A stretch of DNA of 61,544 bases, counting the filler, from Bipalium vagum (Eukaryota), in the NCBI GenBank assembly GCA_037834085.1. It is 3 parts of 3 records of this genome, joined end to end, with 100 filler letters (N's around TTAATTAATTAA, not from the genome) between each part and the next. Parts side by side here need not be neighbours in the genome. Positions count along the whole stretch, not along the records: positions 1 to 23,951 come from JBBMKC010204489.1; positions 24,052 to 43,679 come from JBBMKC010270956.1; 1 more part is not named here. One strand, written 5' to 3'. Numbering within the stretch: the first letter of the stretch is position 1; each line of letters begins with the position of its first letter. Positions 18,536-30,639 of the stretch are shown here, piece by piece. The notes under the pieces are model-generated. The model was given only the letters and a program-made list of their open reading frames with translations, was not told the DNA's origin and made no database searches. A program made the position numbers and the translations under genes.

Positions 18536-20532
18536 AAAAAATGTCTTGATCATGTCTGTGATTTTCCACAAAAGAATGTCTCATTCAAATCTGCTTTCAC
18601 CATTTTGTAATCCACACAATAGAAAAATCTTCTTTCATTAGTCTTTATTTTTTGTTTGGGCAGAGTTTGTGAATATTTTTAAAGCATAGATATTGAAGAA
18701 CTGCTCGAAGAGATCTGTTAAGATCCTAAGACGGATGGTTAATTGATGTTAAATACGGAGCTTGACTATGGCTTAGGTCTCAACGGTTGAAGGTTGCTTA
18801 AGGTTGTGTTCGCTATTTAAATTTAATTACTTAAATTAACTGAGAAAACGATATGACTTTTAATACTTTTATTTGATCTCAAATAAAGTCTAAAAAATTA
18901 CAATTAAGTAAATGTCCACGGATGATATCGATCTTGACTGATAACCAGGGATTTTATTAATTATTTTTTTTTATTTATGAAAAATCCTCTCGTGCACTTA
19001 GGCTCAGAGGTCCTCGATGAAGAATAAAAATATATTTCACTGCCCTACTTAATGTGTGAAATATGAATAATAAAACAAAAAAAACAATAAGAGAAAGGAG
19101 CTAAAAGGTTAAATGATCCTCAGGTCCTGGCCTGAGTATTTATTTACTTATTTAATACAAACTGTTTAATAATACAATGACAAATATCTATAATAATAAT
19201 TATTTTAGATCGAGCTAGTCTTATAATCCCTTGGATATAAGCTAGAAAAATTATCACTGACAAATTATAGATCATATAATACCAAGAAATAATGTATTTA
19301 AAACTTTGTTACAAATTCTTGTAACAAGCAAAGATTAAAAATTTACTTTTACAAATAAAGCATAAAATTCTTTCTTCTCCTAGTGAATGGTTCTTCGATT
19401 CAGTTCACGAGATTTATTTTGAAGATTTTGGCGCTTATCAAATAGGCTTTGATTTCTGATTTTGGCTGCTGGTCCTTGTTAAACAATTTATCTCCAACTG
19501 AGGCTTGCGTTGATCAATGAAAAACTGTCGTTGATTAGGCTTCGGTGGCTGATTTTTATTATACTAACTGTCGTCCTTTACTATTTTTCTGAGCCTTTTA
19601 TATATTTGATTTTGTTTGAGGAGGTCTGCCGAAATTAATTGAGGCTTTGGATGTTAACCAGTTATTTGATTGTAATTGATACTGTTCTGTAGGTCTGCTG
19701 TCTGACTTCGCTTAGATTTTGATGAAAGCTTGCTGTATCGGATTACTGAATTGCAATTAAACTCAAAACTCTGATGGAGGTCTACTGTCGTTACAAATTT
19801 TTGCCCTTCTGTTGGTTAATTACTTTCGTAATAAATATCACTAATAATAATAATAATAATTCTTACATATTATTTATTAAGCTATTATTTTATACTTTAT
19901 CTTGTTTGTTACATTATCTAATTTTTATTGTTTATTACTATTCAATTATTGTTTAACTATTTTTTTTAATTTATCAGTCAAAATCGATTTAAAATATCAA
20001 ATACAGATTCAAAATATCTACACAATATATATTTGATTAATACAATACAATTTCAAGTAATGTTAAGGAATAATCACGAGTTAGGAAAAGTGTCACAAAT
20101 CATAAATGATGTAAAAAAAAAATGTCAATCATAAATAATGTCAATTCTTGGATTGCTCGTTGTTATTTGGGACCATTGACTGCTCCTGGCTAGGGGATCC
20201 TATTGATTGTCCGGTTTGTCTTTGTCGTAGTCTCCACAGATCTATAAATATATAAAAATCAAATTAAGATTGATTAATCTCAAACAATCGTTAAAATATC
20301 AAAGAAATAAATTGTTATACGAAGTTTATGGACAGGCTTATATAAATAAAGATTATATTAATATAAATATAAATAATATTATATTAATATAAATATAAAT
20401 TAAGAAATAACACAATTAATGAAAAACTGGACTCTTTGAAAGTTTATTAGTTTACAGCACAGCAATGTCTGTCTATGAAATTTTGTGGATAAAAAAATGT
20501 CTTGATCATGTCTGTGATTTTCCACAAAAGAA
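18536..20532 (+). repeat. 41-bp exact direct repeat pair (18536-18576 and 20492-20532)
   Basis: AAAAAATGTCTTGATCATGTCTGTGATTTTCCACAAAAGAA occurs at both sites. Confidence 0.85.
18716..20238. mobile_element. Long solo-LTR-like element, family 1 copy A (1523 bp), GATC target-site duplication
   Basis: Starts TGTTAAGATCC and ends GTAGTCTCCACA. GATC lies directly on both sides (18712-18715, 20239-20242). Colinear inverted homology to 51425-53352 in many blocks. Confidence 0.8.
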
Positions 20533-21147
20533 ATCATTTACAAATGAAAATAATTTCAAGTTTAAAGTTTTTTGAAAAATAAATTAGTTTTAAAATGCCT
20601 TTGTATCACATTGGTCTTTTAAAAATATTGACAGCAACCAAAATCTTATTGTTTTTATATTCTAAAAATCTTTAAATTAACAAGAGTTAATATTGATGTT
20701 GAATGGAGAGAAAACTGACTTACTGTAATGAATTAAAGGCAAATAAAATTTCAGATAAACTTTGATGACTGTCAAAAGATTTAATGTGAACGAACAGGAA
20801 CAGAAAACATTTATATGCCTTCCAATGGAATCATTTCAAGCTGGATTTTTGGTGCAAGGGACACGTTAAACTTGGAATTGATTTGAAAACAATGTTAAAA
20901 ATGTTTTCTGAATAACTATAGCATTTTAATAATGACTCAAGATTCACAGTTCGGCGCCAAGTTTGTGGCTCTAGTCACGAAAGCGAAGTCGTTTTTAATA
21001 ATGATAACAGCTTATCCGAGACATCTGAATCTGATTATTCAAAGAATATGTGATGGATAAATTCTTGTTATTTAATTTAGCTTTTCCTCAAAACTGCTCA
21101 AATAATTTCTCACCAGTATCTTAGAAAATTTTCTCGATAAAATAAGA

Positions 21148-21289
21148 TTGATTGATTTACAAAGCGTTTAGTTAAGTTGGAACAGAAGTATGTTATTGAA
21201 AAGGGAGATGATCAGAGAAATGATGAAGAATTTGTAGATTTCTTGATAGATGCTGAGGATGTTGAGGACATGTATCCAAAAGATAAGAT
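21148..21289 (+). pseudogene. Broken kinesin light chain paralog fragment, inverted relative to the intact KLC
   Basis: 21213-21289 matches the reverse complement of 22998-23074 at 68/77 nt (QRNDEEFVDFLIDAEDVEDMYPKDK vs QRNDEEFVDYLIDAEDDEDMDPEDE). 21148-21182 matches 23141-23176 (LIDLQKRLVKLE) with a 1-nt deletion. Confidence 0.8.
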
Positions 21290-21334
21290 GAGAATTTTTT
21301 GAGATTTTAGAAACATACATACATGCATGTATAC

Positions 21335-21598
21335 ATATATCGATCAATGGCTCATTTCCTTAGAGAACGACAGTTTGAGAATATAGAACAGGTTGAAAAT
21401 GGATGTCTTGAATTGTTCCTTTCCAAAGATAAAGCATGGTACCAGAGTGGCATCGAAGAACTTTCCCGTCATTGGATTAAGATATTTGAACATAATGGTC
21501 TTTATTTTTCTGAATAATATTTGTTTGATTGGTATACGTATTCTTATCTCTAAAACATGCATTCATTAAAAACGCACGAACTTATGAATCAACCCAAT
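21335..21598 (+). mobile_element. 3' end of a mariner element, same subfamily as 58274-59522
   Basis: RSMAHFLRERQFENIEQVE..KDKAWYQSGIEELSRHW..NGLYF, then TIR AAAACGCACGAACTTATGAATCAACCCAA+TA. Confidence 0.85.
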
Positions 21599-22003
21599 AT
21601 ATAATTTATTTCCTTCCAAGTTTAATACTAACTGATAAAATTTCTATATTTTAATTTTTTCCGTGTTGTGTTTTATATTTTTTATTTTATTGATATATTA
21701 CAATTTTTTATTAATCTCATTTTATCACTTTATTTAAGTCTCACTTATCGTCTTGGCTGTTGAGGGTATAATCAATCTTAAAAAAAGGATATTTTAAGGG
21801 TTAATAAAATATAATTAATTATTTGTAAAGGGATGACAAACAAAAGTGCTGACCCTCTGAAACAAATTGCAATATGATGCTGGTGTTGTCTATTTCGTTA
21901 CTGATGAAAAATTTACCATGATAAAGACCCCAATAAAAAATTATGAAAAAAATTTAAAAATAAATATTAATTATTGAAAATGAAAAAAATTAAGCTGCAT
22001 TGT

Positions 22004-23512
22004 TCATTTTTTCTTATCTCTTTTAAAGAATCCCATAAGACTAGATTTATCTTGTTTAGAAGATTGACTAGTCAAAGACATTTTCTTTTCCAAAGCTGGA
22101 ATTCCCTTTTTAGAATTTCTAAAGTTGATTGATTGCCTAACCACAGGGTTCGGTTGCTTTTCAGAAGAATCGATCCATGCCGTCAGAACCTCAACGGTGT
22201 TTGGCTTATTGATATTTTTAAAATATTTTATCATAGTTTCTAAAACATCTCTGTCTATAGCATTTTCATAGGAACCAAAGGACTTGATCAAATATTCGGC
22301 CGTTACATCTTTCAGTATATCTGCAGCATGCTGCTGTAAGACTTGGAAAACCGACTCTTCGCTTTTGTTCGACTGGGTGTTCTTTTGCTGATAGGATTTG
22401 CATATGAAACTCAACATCTCTGCTGCTTTATCATTCTGCTTCAAATTCACATAAGCCTTAGCCATATTTGATTGACCTTTTATTATCAGACTGTCGGTGT
22501 GGTCAAACATTTGCTCATATACGCTCAGTGCAGTTTTATAATGGTTTATAACATCATTCCATTTTTCAAGACTTGCCGCATACATTCCTAAATGGGAATG
22601 GATTAACGCAACTTCAGGGTTGTTCTTTCCATGAAGTTTTTCTCTAATTTTCAAGGCCTGTGTTGCATATTTCTCAGCCTCTTTTATATTATTTCTCTTA
22701 TATAAAATATGGGCAAGCATAGTCATTGTGATACCAACTGCATTATGGTCTTTACCTAAGGCTTTTTCACGAAGTTTTAATGAATCCTCGTAATACTTTT
22801 GAGATTCGGGTAAATTACCCTGTTCTTTATGGACTTTAGCAATGATACCATATAAAGTGGCAATATCATTGTTGTTTTCACCTTGTTTACTTTTTATTTG
22901 TTGAATATGTTCCTCACACAAAGGTATTGCTACTTCGTATCGTTTTTCTCTTATGTATTCCATACAAAGATTGTGAACTGCTTTTAATTTTGTGGGTATC
23001 TCATCCTCTGGATCCATGTCTTCATCATCCTCAGCATCTATCAAATAATCTACAAATTCTTCATCATTCCTCTGCTGATTCCTCATTTTATAAACATACT
23101 GATAATGCTGTCGCTCTGCTTCGGCTGTAACTACACTTTCTTCCAACTTAACCAAGCGCTTTTGAAGGTCGATCAATTCGGTTCGTAACCAGTTATTCTC
23201 TTGAACGAGTCTTTTAACTTGTAAGCGCGTTTTTACTCTTTCTGCATCGACAATATTGCAAATTAAATCAAGAGACATTAAAATATCCATCTCCTGAATC
23301 CCGATGTCGATTCTCTCTATAGATCTTTCGTTTATGCTGACCTTTTCGCTTATGAGAAACTGGTTTTCTTTATCTTTTGGATCTTCTTTCGACAAATTAT
23401 CCATTATGTCTTTAGCATGTTCTTTATAAGATTGAAGAGCATGTACGACCTCCCTTGAATGAAATTTAATATGACTTAATTTATCAAATTTCTCAAATTT
23501 GTAATCACTCAT
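22004..23512 (-). CDS. KLC: Kinesin light chain (heptad repeats + acidic linker + TPRs), intronless, divergent, 502 aa
   Basis: Single ORF. DAERVKTRLQVKRLVQENNWLRTEL matches the KLC heptad signature. EIPTKLKAVHNLCMEYIREKRYEVAIPLC matches KLC TPR1. 42-aa TPRs follow with LKLREKALGKDH and LKIREKLHGKNNPEVA. Confidence 0.9.
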   Translation of the reverse strand: MSDYKFEKFDKLSHIKFHSREVVHALQSYKEHAKDIMDNLSKEDPKDKENQFLISEKVSINERSIERIDIGIQEMDILMSLDLICNIVDAERVKTRLQVKRLVQENNWLRTELIDLQKRLVKLEESVVTAEAERQHYQYVYKMRNQQRNDEEFVDYLIDAEDDEDMDPEDEIPTKLKAVHNLCMEYIREKRYEVAIPLCEEHIQQIKSKQGENNNDIATLYGIIAKVHKEQGNLPESQKYYEDSLKLREKALGKDHNAVGITMTMLAHILYKRNNIKEAEKYATQALKIREKLHGKNNPEVALIHSHLGMYAASLEKWNDVINHYKTALSVYEQMFDHTDSLIIKGQSNMAKAYVNLKQNDKAAEMLSFICKSYQQKNTQSNKSEESVFQVLQQHAADILKDVTAEYLIKSFGSYENAIDRDVLETMIKYFKNINKPNTVEVLTAWIDSSEKQPNPVVRQSINFRNSKKGIPALEKKMSLTSQSSKQDKSSLMGFFKRDKKK

Positions 23513-23796
23513 TAAATGTTAATTCATTAAAAATTTTAAATAAATCAATGTTTATTTATATTCAATTTATTGATTTTTTAATTTAATATCAAAAAGTAAT
23601 TAAAAGTAATTAATTATTTTTATTTTTATGGAAAATGAAAGATTTTATTATGAATTTTATCGTAATTTGTCAATTGAAATTTATTTTAATTTATTATTAT
23701 TAAAATTTTGAACAATTCTGAATGTAAACAGAAAAGACTACTGTCTGAAAATACCTTTTCTTAACTTTGTTCATTCTAAATTCTCAGGCTTTTGTA

Positions 23797-23951
23797 TACT
23801 TACGGAAAAAAGTATAAAGCACCCTAAAATCAAAAAAATTTATTATGAATACAAACATGCAATACATATCTATGCATAAAAATTAGTAATGAGTATGGCC
23901 ACCTTTCTTGGCCACACATTCACTTAGTTTGTTTGGCATTGATAAAATCAG
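23797..23951 (-). mobile_element. Tc1 3' end, running into the assembly gap
   Basis: Minus strand reads LILSMPNKLSECVAKKGGHTHY*, the typical Tc1 transposase C-terminus. Confidence 0.75.
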
Positions 23952-24051
23952 NNNNNNNNNNNNNNNNNNNNNNNNNNNNNNNNNNNNNNNNNNNNTTAAT
24001 TAATTAANNNNNNNNNNNNNNNNNNNNNNNNNNNNNNNNNNNNNNNNNNNN
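23952..24051. other. Assembly gap with artificial linker
   Basis: N44-TTAATTAATTAA-N44; the 12-mer gives stops in all six frames. Confidence 0.97.
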
Positions 24052-24976
24052 TCACAAAATGGAGAAAGCAGAAATCAATGGATGATTAATGTTTTCCTTA
24101 ATTAATATTTTAAAAATAATTATTTTTAAAAAATAATTTAAAACAAAATTTTTTTAAATATTTAAAAATGATATTTTTAAAGTTTGTAGAATTGAAAATT
24201 TTTTTTACTTTTATCCAATAATAATTCAGATAATATTTTTAAATCATGATAGTGATATCATTTGAAGAAAGACATCGAAGAAGAATAAAATTGACTAAAG
24301 AAGATCTGAAAGAAGAAATCGAAACATGTTTCAAGATAGTAGTATAAATAAAATTTTGCGTGTTCGAAATTGTTTTTTAAAAAGCGTGTACTTAAAAAAT
24401 AAAAAATTATTGTTCACTAGATATATATATTGCATGATTAATTTCCATTATGGAATAATAATAAAATTAACAAGTTACATCAGAGCGACCATCTACTTTG
24501 ATGAGGAGAGGAGTTCTACAATATCGACTCGAAAGCCAGCTTGCAGTCACTGAGTCAACACTATTCACCTGTAGGTCATCAGTGTCGACTCAAAAATAGT
24601 ATAATTGTGCAGACTAGAAAAAGAAAAAAATAGAAAAGCTTATTAAAATAATTCTGTGAATATTTTAAAAATTTGTATATCAATCATGTTTCTTATCTTT
24701 AATGTAGGATAATAATATGTTTAATAAACTTTAATATTTTGAATTATTTATAAGTATTACTGTAATTATTGTAAAAGAGACAACTAAAAGATGAAATACC
24801 AAAAACTACTTTTCTCATTTTCCGCTGTTTATATTATACAACAAAGTATCAAAGAATAATATAATATGAAAATAAAAGAATTATAATTATTGATAGTTAA
24901 TAATAATATAATAAAAAAATTATAAAAATAGTTAAGTATCAAAAATAACATAATTCTAGATTAACTTTAAATTATA

Positions 24977-26097
24977 TTAGGTAACCAATAAAGTTTGTTC
25001 GGGTTTTGATATTAAATACCAAGATTTTTTAAAAAACACAATATTAATTATCGAAATAATCACTATCACACCTTATAACATTTGCCAACGTGTTACTAAA
25101 TTTTTACCGTTTTTGTAAAAATCTACAGATTTGGAATTGAAAAGACTTTAGACTGTATCGATAACTCTCTAGTTTTAAATAGCTGCTGCCTCATAAAATT
25201 ATCAAGAGATATAAAAAAATGATTATCAATTGACGAAATATCTGGAGATTAACGTAACTGTGCGAAGGTTTCCCAGTCAAATTCAAAATTTTTTCTTGGG
25301 TCACTGCAATATCAAGTCTAGTGTTATCTTTTAAGAAAAACACCTTTTCGATTGATCAAAGAACACTGTTTTTGGATAAGTGTTGCTCCAACTCGTTTAA
25401 ATTGATCACAATAGAACTCATTTTTGATGGTTTGACCACTTTTCAAGAATTCATAATAATTAAATCCTTATGCTGTTCATCAAACACAATAAAATCTTTT
25501 TAGGATCTTTAGAGTGTGTTGTATTGGATCAGATGAGGACAATCAAAGACAAGATCACTAATAATTGTTGTATAATATCCATTTTTCGTCGCATGTTGTG
25601 GACTTCCACTTCTTCCCCAGCTGGTGAAGATAAAACTGAAGGGTTTCAGCGTTTACACTGAGCTTTTCTGCAAATTCTAAACACTTTTTTACTGAGATTT
25701 GTCTTTACCATTTCTTTGATATTGTTGTTATCAATGACTTTTGGTCTCCCAAAACGCGCTTCATCGGTCAAGCTGAAATCCTTATACGAAGAATTCTGAA
25801 GCCACTTATGTGCTCTGGCATTGCTGAATGTCATACATATTTTTTCGAGCAGCTTTAGTGCCAAGTTTGTAGTCATAGAGTAATTAACCTTAAATTATCG
25901 TTTTTGGAGGCCATTTTGATTTTATGTAATTAAACGTTTTAAAAAAGTAATGGTAAATTTTTATAAATCAATTGAAATAAAAATATTACCTAACCTAAAT
26001 AACAGAATAGTAAAGAAGTCTTATCAATGAAAAATCAATAAAATATATTATCATAGGCTGTATCAGAAAAACCACATGAACTTTATTGGTTACCTAT
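24977..26097 (-). mobile_element. Decayed mariner with both TIRs and TA target duplication
   Basis: TIRs TTAGGTAACCAATAAAGTT and AACTTTATTGGTTACCTAT, flanked by TA. Minus strand reads DFSLTDEARFGRPKVIDN and LFLKDNTRL. Confidence 0.85.
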
Positions 26098-26379
26098 TAA
26101 GTATGTGTTATTGAATTCTGTTCATATTCTTTCAAGGTATCTTAATTTGTTTTGAATGAATGATTATTAATAAAAATAACACTTTTCATTGATTCTTTCA
26201 TTATTAAGCATAGGTAAATGTAGCGATTTTAACTCTATCACTGTTTGCCAAGTTCATATATTATTACGCATATACCATTTCTCCATAAGATAGATAGCCA
26301 CCAAATGCAATATTTATCATTCGAGTGCACTGAAAATCAAGAGGGGATTAACAAAATCTAGATTCGCAGATGTGGCCCA

Positions 26380-27290
26380 AAACGGAAGACATAAAGTCAA
26401 AATGATCGTTCTATGGTCCGCATGATAAGCAAAACAAGATGCTGTCAGCTATTCATATCAAAGGACAATTAGTAGAGCAGCGTCGTCTCAATGAATTAGG
26501 AGTTAACTCCAACTATTAAAGCCAAGCGTCTGATAGTCAGTTCGTTGATAGACCAGTTGATTTCTGGAGGAATGTGTGGTTCAATGATGAAAATATATTC
26601 GAGTGTCAATCAGCTAAAAAAAACTGCGTTTGTCCATCACTGATGACAGAAGCCGTTAAACATCCAATCAAGGTCAGGTTTAAGGCGTTATCAGTTCTAA
26701 AGACCCCGGATGTCTTTATTTGGTCGAAACATGGTGAACAAGATACAATATCTATGTGTCGTGAGGACACAACTGGTCCGGATCGACTTTTGACTGCATA
26801 TTCATGCATGATTCCGCGACCTGCTATAAAGCCAAAGTTGTTTCCAATTTTTTGTCTTCCAACAATGTCAATATTTTGCTTTGATCAGGAAAATCACAGA
26901 ATCTGAACCCAATTGAAAATATCTGGGGCATTATGAAGAGTAATCTGCGTTAACACAACGAAGAAGGATCTTATTAGCAGCATCAACAGGATCTGATTCC
27001 ACAATGAAAATTTTTATAAGATGCTCTACAGATTTATTAACAGTATGCCCAAGCGTTTGCAGAAAGTGATAGATGCTGAAGGCAGGCATACGTTCTCTAT
27101 TTAAAAATATTGTTATTTGTTAATTGCAAATATTTAAATAGTTTTAATTCTTTATTATTCTTTTTCACGCTAAGCTTATGATCAGCAAGAAGCACTGCTG
27201 ACAAAAATATAAATTAAATATTTATATATAGTTAACATAAATTGAAAAAGCATGAAAAAATGAGGTGGTTATAACAATATGACGCATACT
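26380..27290 (+). mobile_element. Decayed Tc1 (DD34E) element
   Basis: VWFNDE, VKHP, IFMHDSA..NLNPIENIWGIMK, SMPKRLQKVIDAEG. Right end ..GACGCATACTG is a CAGT-type TIR. Left limit approximate. Confidence 0.8.
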
Positions 27291-30200
27291 GTGGTTCCCT
27301 GACTTGGCTGAATTTACTGATCTTAGTTATTTTATCCTTATTTTCTAGTAATCCGAGCATTCCTACTGCTTACTCCTTAAAATAAAAAACACTTTATTAT
27401 TCTGAATTGATGAGATTAATTCAGAACTTTGCTGGTCTTTTACTAAATTAAAGAAAAAATTAACTCTGTTCTAAATTCCGGGGTTTTTGAAGTTATTCAT
27501 TTATCATTAGATAATAATATTATTACTAATACTTTACCACCTGACTAAGTGTTGTAATTTATAATAATGCTTAATTAGTTATTTGTACTATGGATTCTGA
27601 AAATCTTATTAAAGATATAATCAGGTCCAGAATCTCTTTAAAACCTTTATTAAACATCATAACCAAGAAAATACCATTGAGAAAGTACAATGTTTGTATA
27701 AGAATAGTTATTTTTAGTATGAAACCGTTTATTTAACGAATGGAGATTTCAAGATGAACCACGTACATGGTTCACAAAGAGAACAAACTAGAATCAGAAC
27801 GTTACATCTACAGTTTTATATTAATAAGAATCATACTGTTTAGGTGATATTACCAGTTATTATTTAAAGTTATTATTAAATGCTTGTTTAAACAATTTTT
27901 ATATTTATCTTGCAGTAGTATTTAAAATATGAATATAGATATAATATTTACACAATATTTACATCATGTAATGTTATATATATATATGAATTTCATGAAG
28001 GTGTAAGTGTAGGAATTACTTGTGGAAACGTTCACGGCGTTTATTTTGATGGCGCTTATTTACAAAATAGATTGTATTATTATGAATTGATCATTAAAGT
28101 TTAGAAAGTCTGTCTAGAAATAATAAGTTATGATCTCTCCAAGTTAAAGTGGTAATTCACTAAGGCAAAAAATTATAAACTGCAAAATTATACATAATTG
28201 ATTTGATCATGGAATCATTTTCTTTTTAGTTTCAATCATCAACCTTTTTTTTCGCCTTTACGAGGGTAATTTTAAAAAAAATCAAAATAATATTTCATTG
28301 AATAAATTTTCCGTTAATTGTATTTGTTTTTAATATATCTATATCTATTTTAACATTTTTTAGTTTTAATAAATGGGAATTTTTGAAATAAAATTTTAAT
28401 TCTGTAAAATATTTATTAGAAGAAAAAGGCAATTACGGTGTTTCTAAAATAAATTTCATATCAAATTCTTTGATTATTTAAAGGTAGCACTTCTATTATA
28501 TATTGAATATATTTAGCTATGAACAGCTTCGTGAGAAAGTTTTATTCAATTATTTATTGATCTAGAAGTAATTGTTACGAAACAAATACTTAGAATAAAT
28601 AAACCATATTTTATATTTCACAAATTATCGACAATCAATTAATGTCAATTTATTTTGAAATGTTAATATATTGTGTGAGAAAGGAAAATTGAATTGGATA
28701 AAATAATAAATATTTTTACAGAGTTATTATTATTAGTCCAACAAAGGTTAAATTTATATTCGTTTATTGATTTATTGAAAAAGTGAAGATATTAAAAAAA
28801 TATTGAATATTAATATTATATTTATTAAATATTATAAAATGTTTTATTTTATTTTTATTAATCAAATTTTAACCTACTTTTTGTATGAAAACAAGAAAAT
28901 TTTAAAAAAATGTCTCACCATTTCAAAAAATATGTATTTTGAGAAAATATTTTATGAAAATTTTATAAATTATGTAATTTATTCATCACATAGTAAATTG
29001 ATTTATTTTGTGAATTATTTTCTTGAGCTACTAAATTAAACCATAAAAACTTTTATTCAATAAACCAAATAAAACTTATTTATGAAAAATAATCTTACTT
29101 TTATCACACAAATTAAGGAATACCATAAATTTTATACATCAACAATATTTGAAATGAAGCTGACAGAGAGGAATTAGTAAATGTTATATTTAGTAGAATA
29201 TAAATCCCCATGGATCAAAAGAATAATTGGACAAAAATAATTTTTAAACAAAATAATAGCTTATAGCAATTTTTAGAATTATTCTCGAAAATATAATTAA
29301 GTAAATAAATATATATATATATATATCATTATTATTATAGGATGAACTGTATACTTTTTAAACTGCGGATAAATATCCAATTTTATTCATTAATTAAACT
29401 ATTCCGATGAATTGATTTTACAATGAGTGTGTTCGAAAGAAACATTTGGACCATAAATTCTTTAGCTAAAAGATTTTAATTTTATTTTATATATAATTAT
29501 GTGATGCAAAAAATCTTAATAATGTTTCATAAGAATTCTGTGATTTTAAATATTTTTTATAAAAATATATTGATATTTTAATTTGGCTTGTGACTGATCA
29601 ATAGATATAATTAATGATTTTTCAATGATCCCTTGAGTTTCGGAGATTCAAAACCAGGCGAGAATTTAAGACAACATATACAAATATAACTTCAGCTAAA
29701 AATGTCATCATTAAGATTAATTATCCTATTTGATAAAATTTTTAAGTGGATCAAAATTATCAACAAAATTTTGTAAATTCTAAGTATTTGAATGAAAATT
29801 AATTTCTATATAGATAAATAGAATCTTTCCATATTGTCACTAAAAATCAATTGAATGAAAAAACTCGAAATAATTATAATATACCTCATGTTTTAGTCAA
29901 TTGACAAATCTTACTGGGTTTAAAATTAAGAGTTTAAAATCTTCTAAATCCTTTGTAAAAAATAAAAAAAGATTTATTATCAAACAAAAATTAATAAGCA
30001 GATTAAATATAAAAGGATTTCTTAAAATAATTATGGAGGTGAATGAAAAGAAAATATAGAATTAGAGATTTTGTTTTAAAATTCTGATTAAAAAGGAATT
30101 TTTAATGGAAGGTACTCATGGAGAAGGATTAAAATTTCTTTGAAATGTGCCTTAATGGAATGGTCGACCGGTAAATTAAGTGAGTAGATGTAAACGGATT

Positions 30201-30639
30201 TTCTATCGAGAAATGAGACCTATAAATGTATATTTATTGTTAATAAAATTTCTGTTCAGTTATCTTCATTATTTCTAGTAGAGTCTAGGTCATTTTTAGC
30301 CCTACCACGTACTTAGTACTCATTTTCGGTTGTTATTAATTTATACTCATTTATACAGATCAAATTAATTTTAATTAATTTTATCGGTTTATCAAAGAAT
30401 ATGGTATAATCTTTGTGTCAAAATATTATTAAAACCATAAACATTTCAATCTTTTTGAGACATTTGGATAAAAACCATCTCAAAATTTTTATAGAAATGC
30501 GTGGTTTAGATAGAAAGTTAGACTCGTACATAAATAAAAAAAGGAAGTTCATGAAATTTTCTACATAAAAAATTAATATATAAAGGAAAATATTATCATA
30601 TCTGCCTTAAATGACATTTATTACTGTACTTTCTTTAGA

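Noticed and set aside
23952-24051. TTAATTAATTAA palindrome inside N runs (also 43680-43779)
   Set aside because: Identical, centred in exactly 100 nt: a scaffolding linker, not biology. Adjacency across the gaps is not guaranteed.
24551-24592. Hammerhead ribozyme or C/D snoRNA (minus strand stem-CUGAUGA-CCUACAGG-UGAA)
   Set aside because: Lacks GAAA, stem III and the cleavage triplet; too short and lacks a proper CUGA for a snoRNA.
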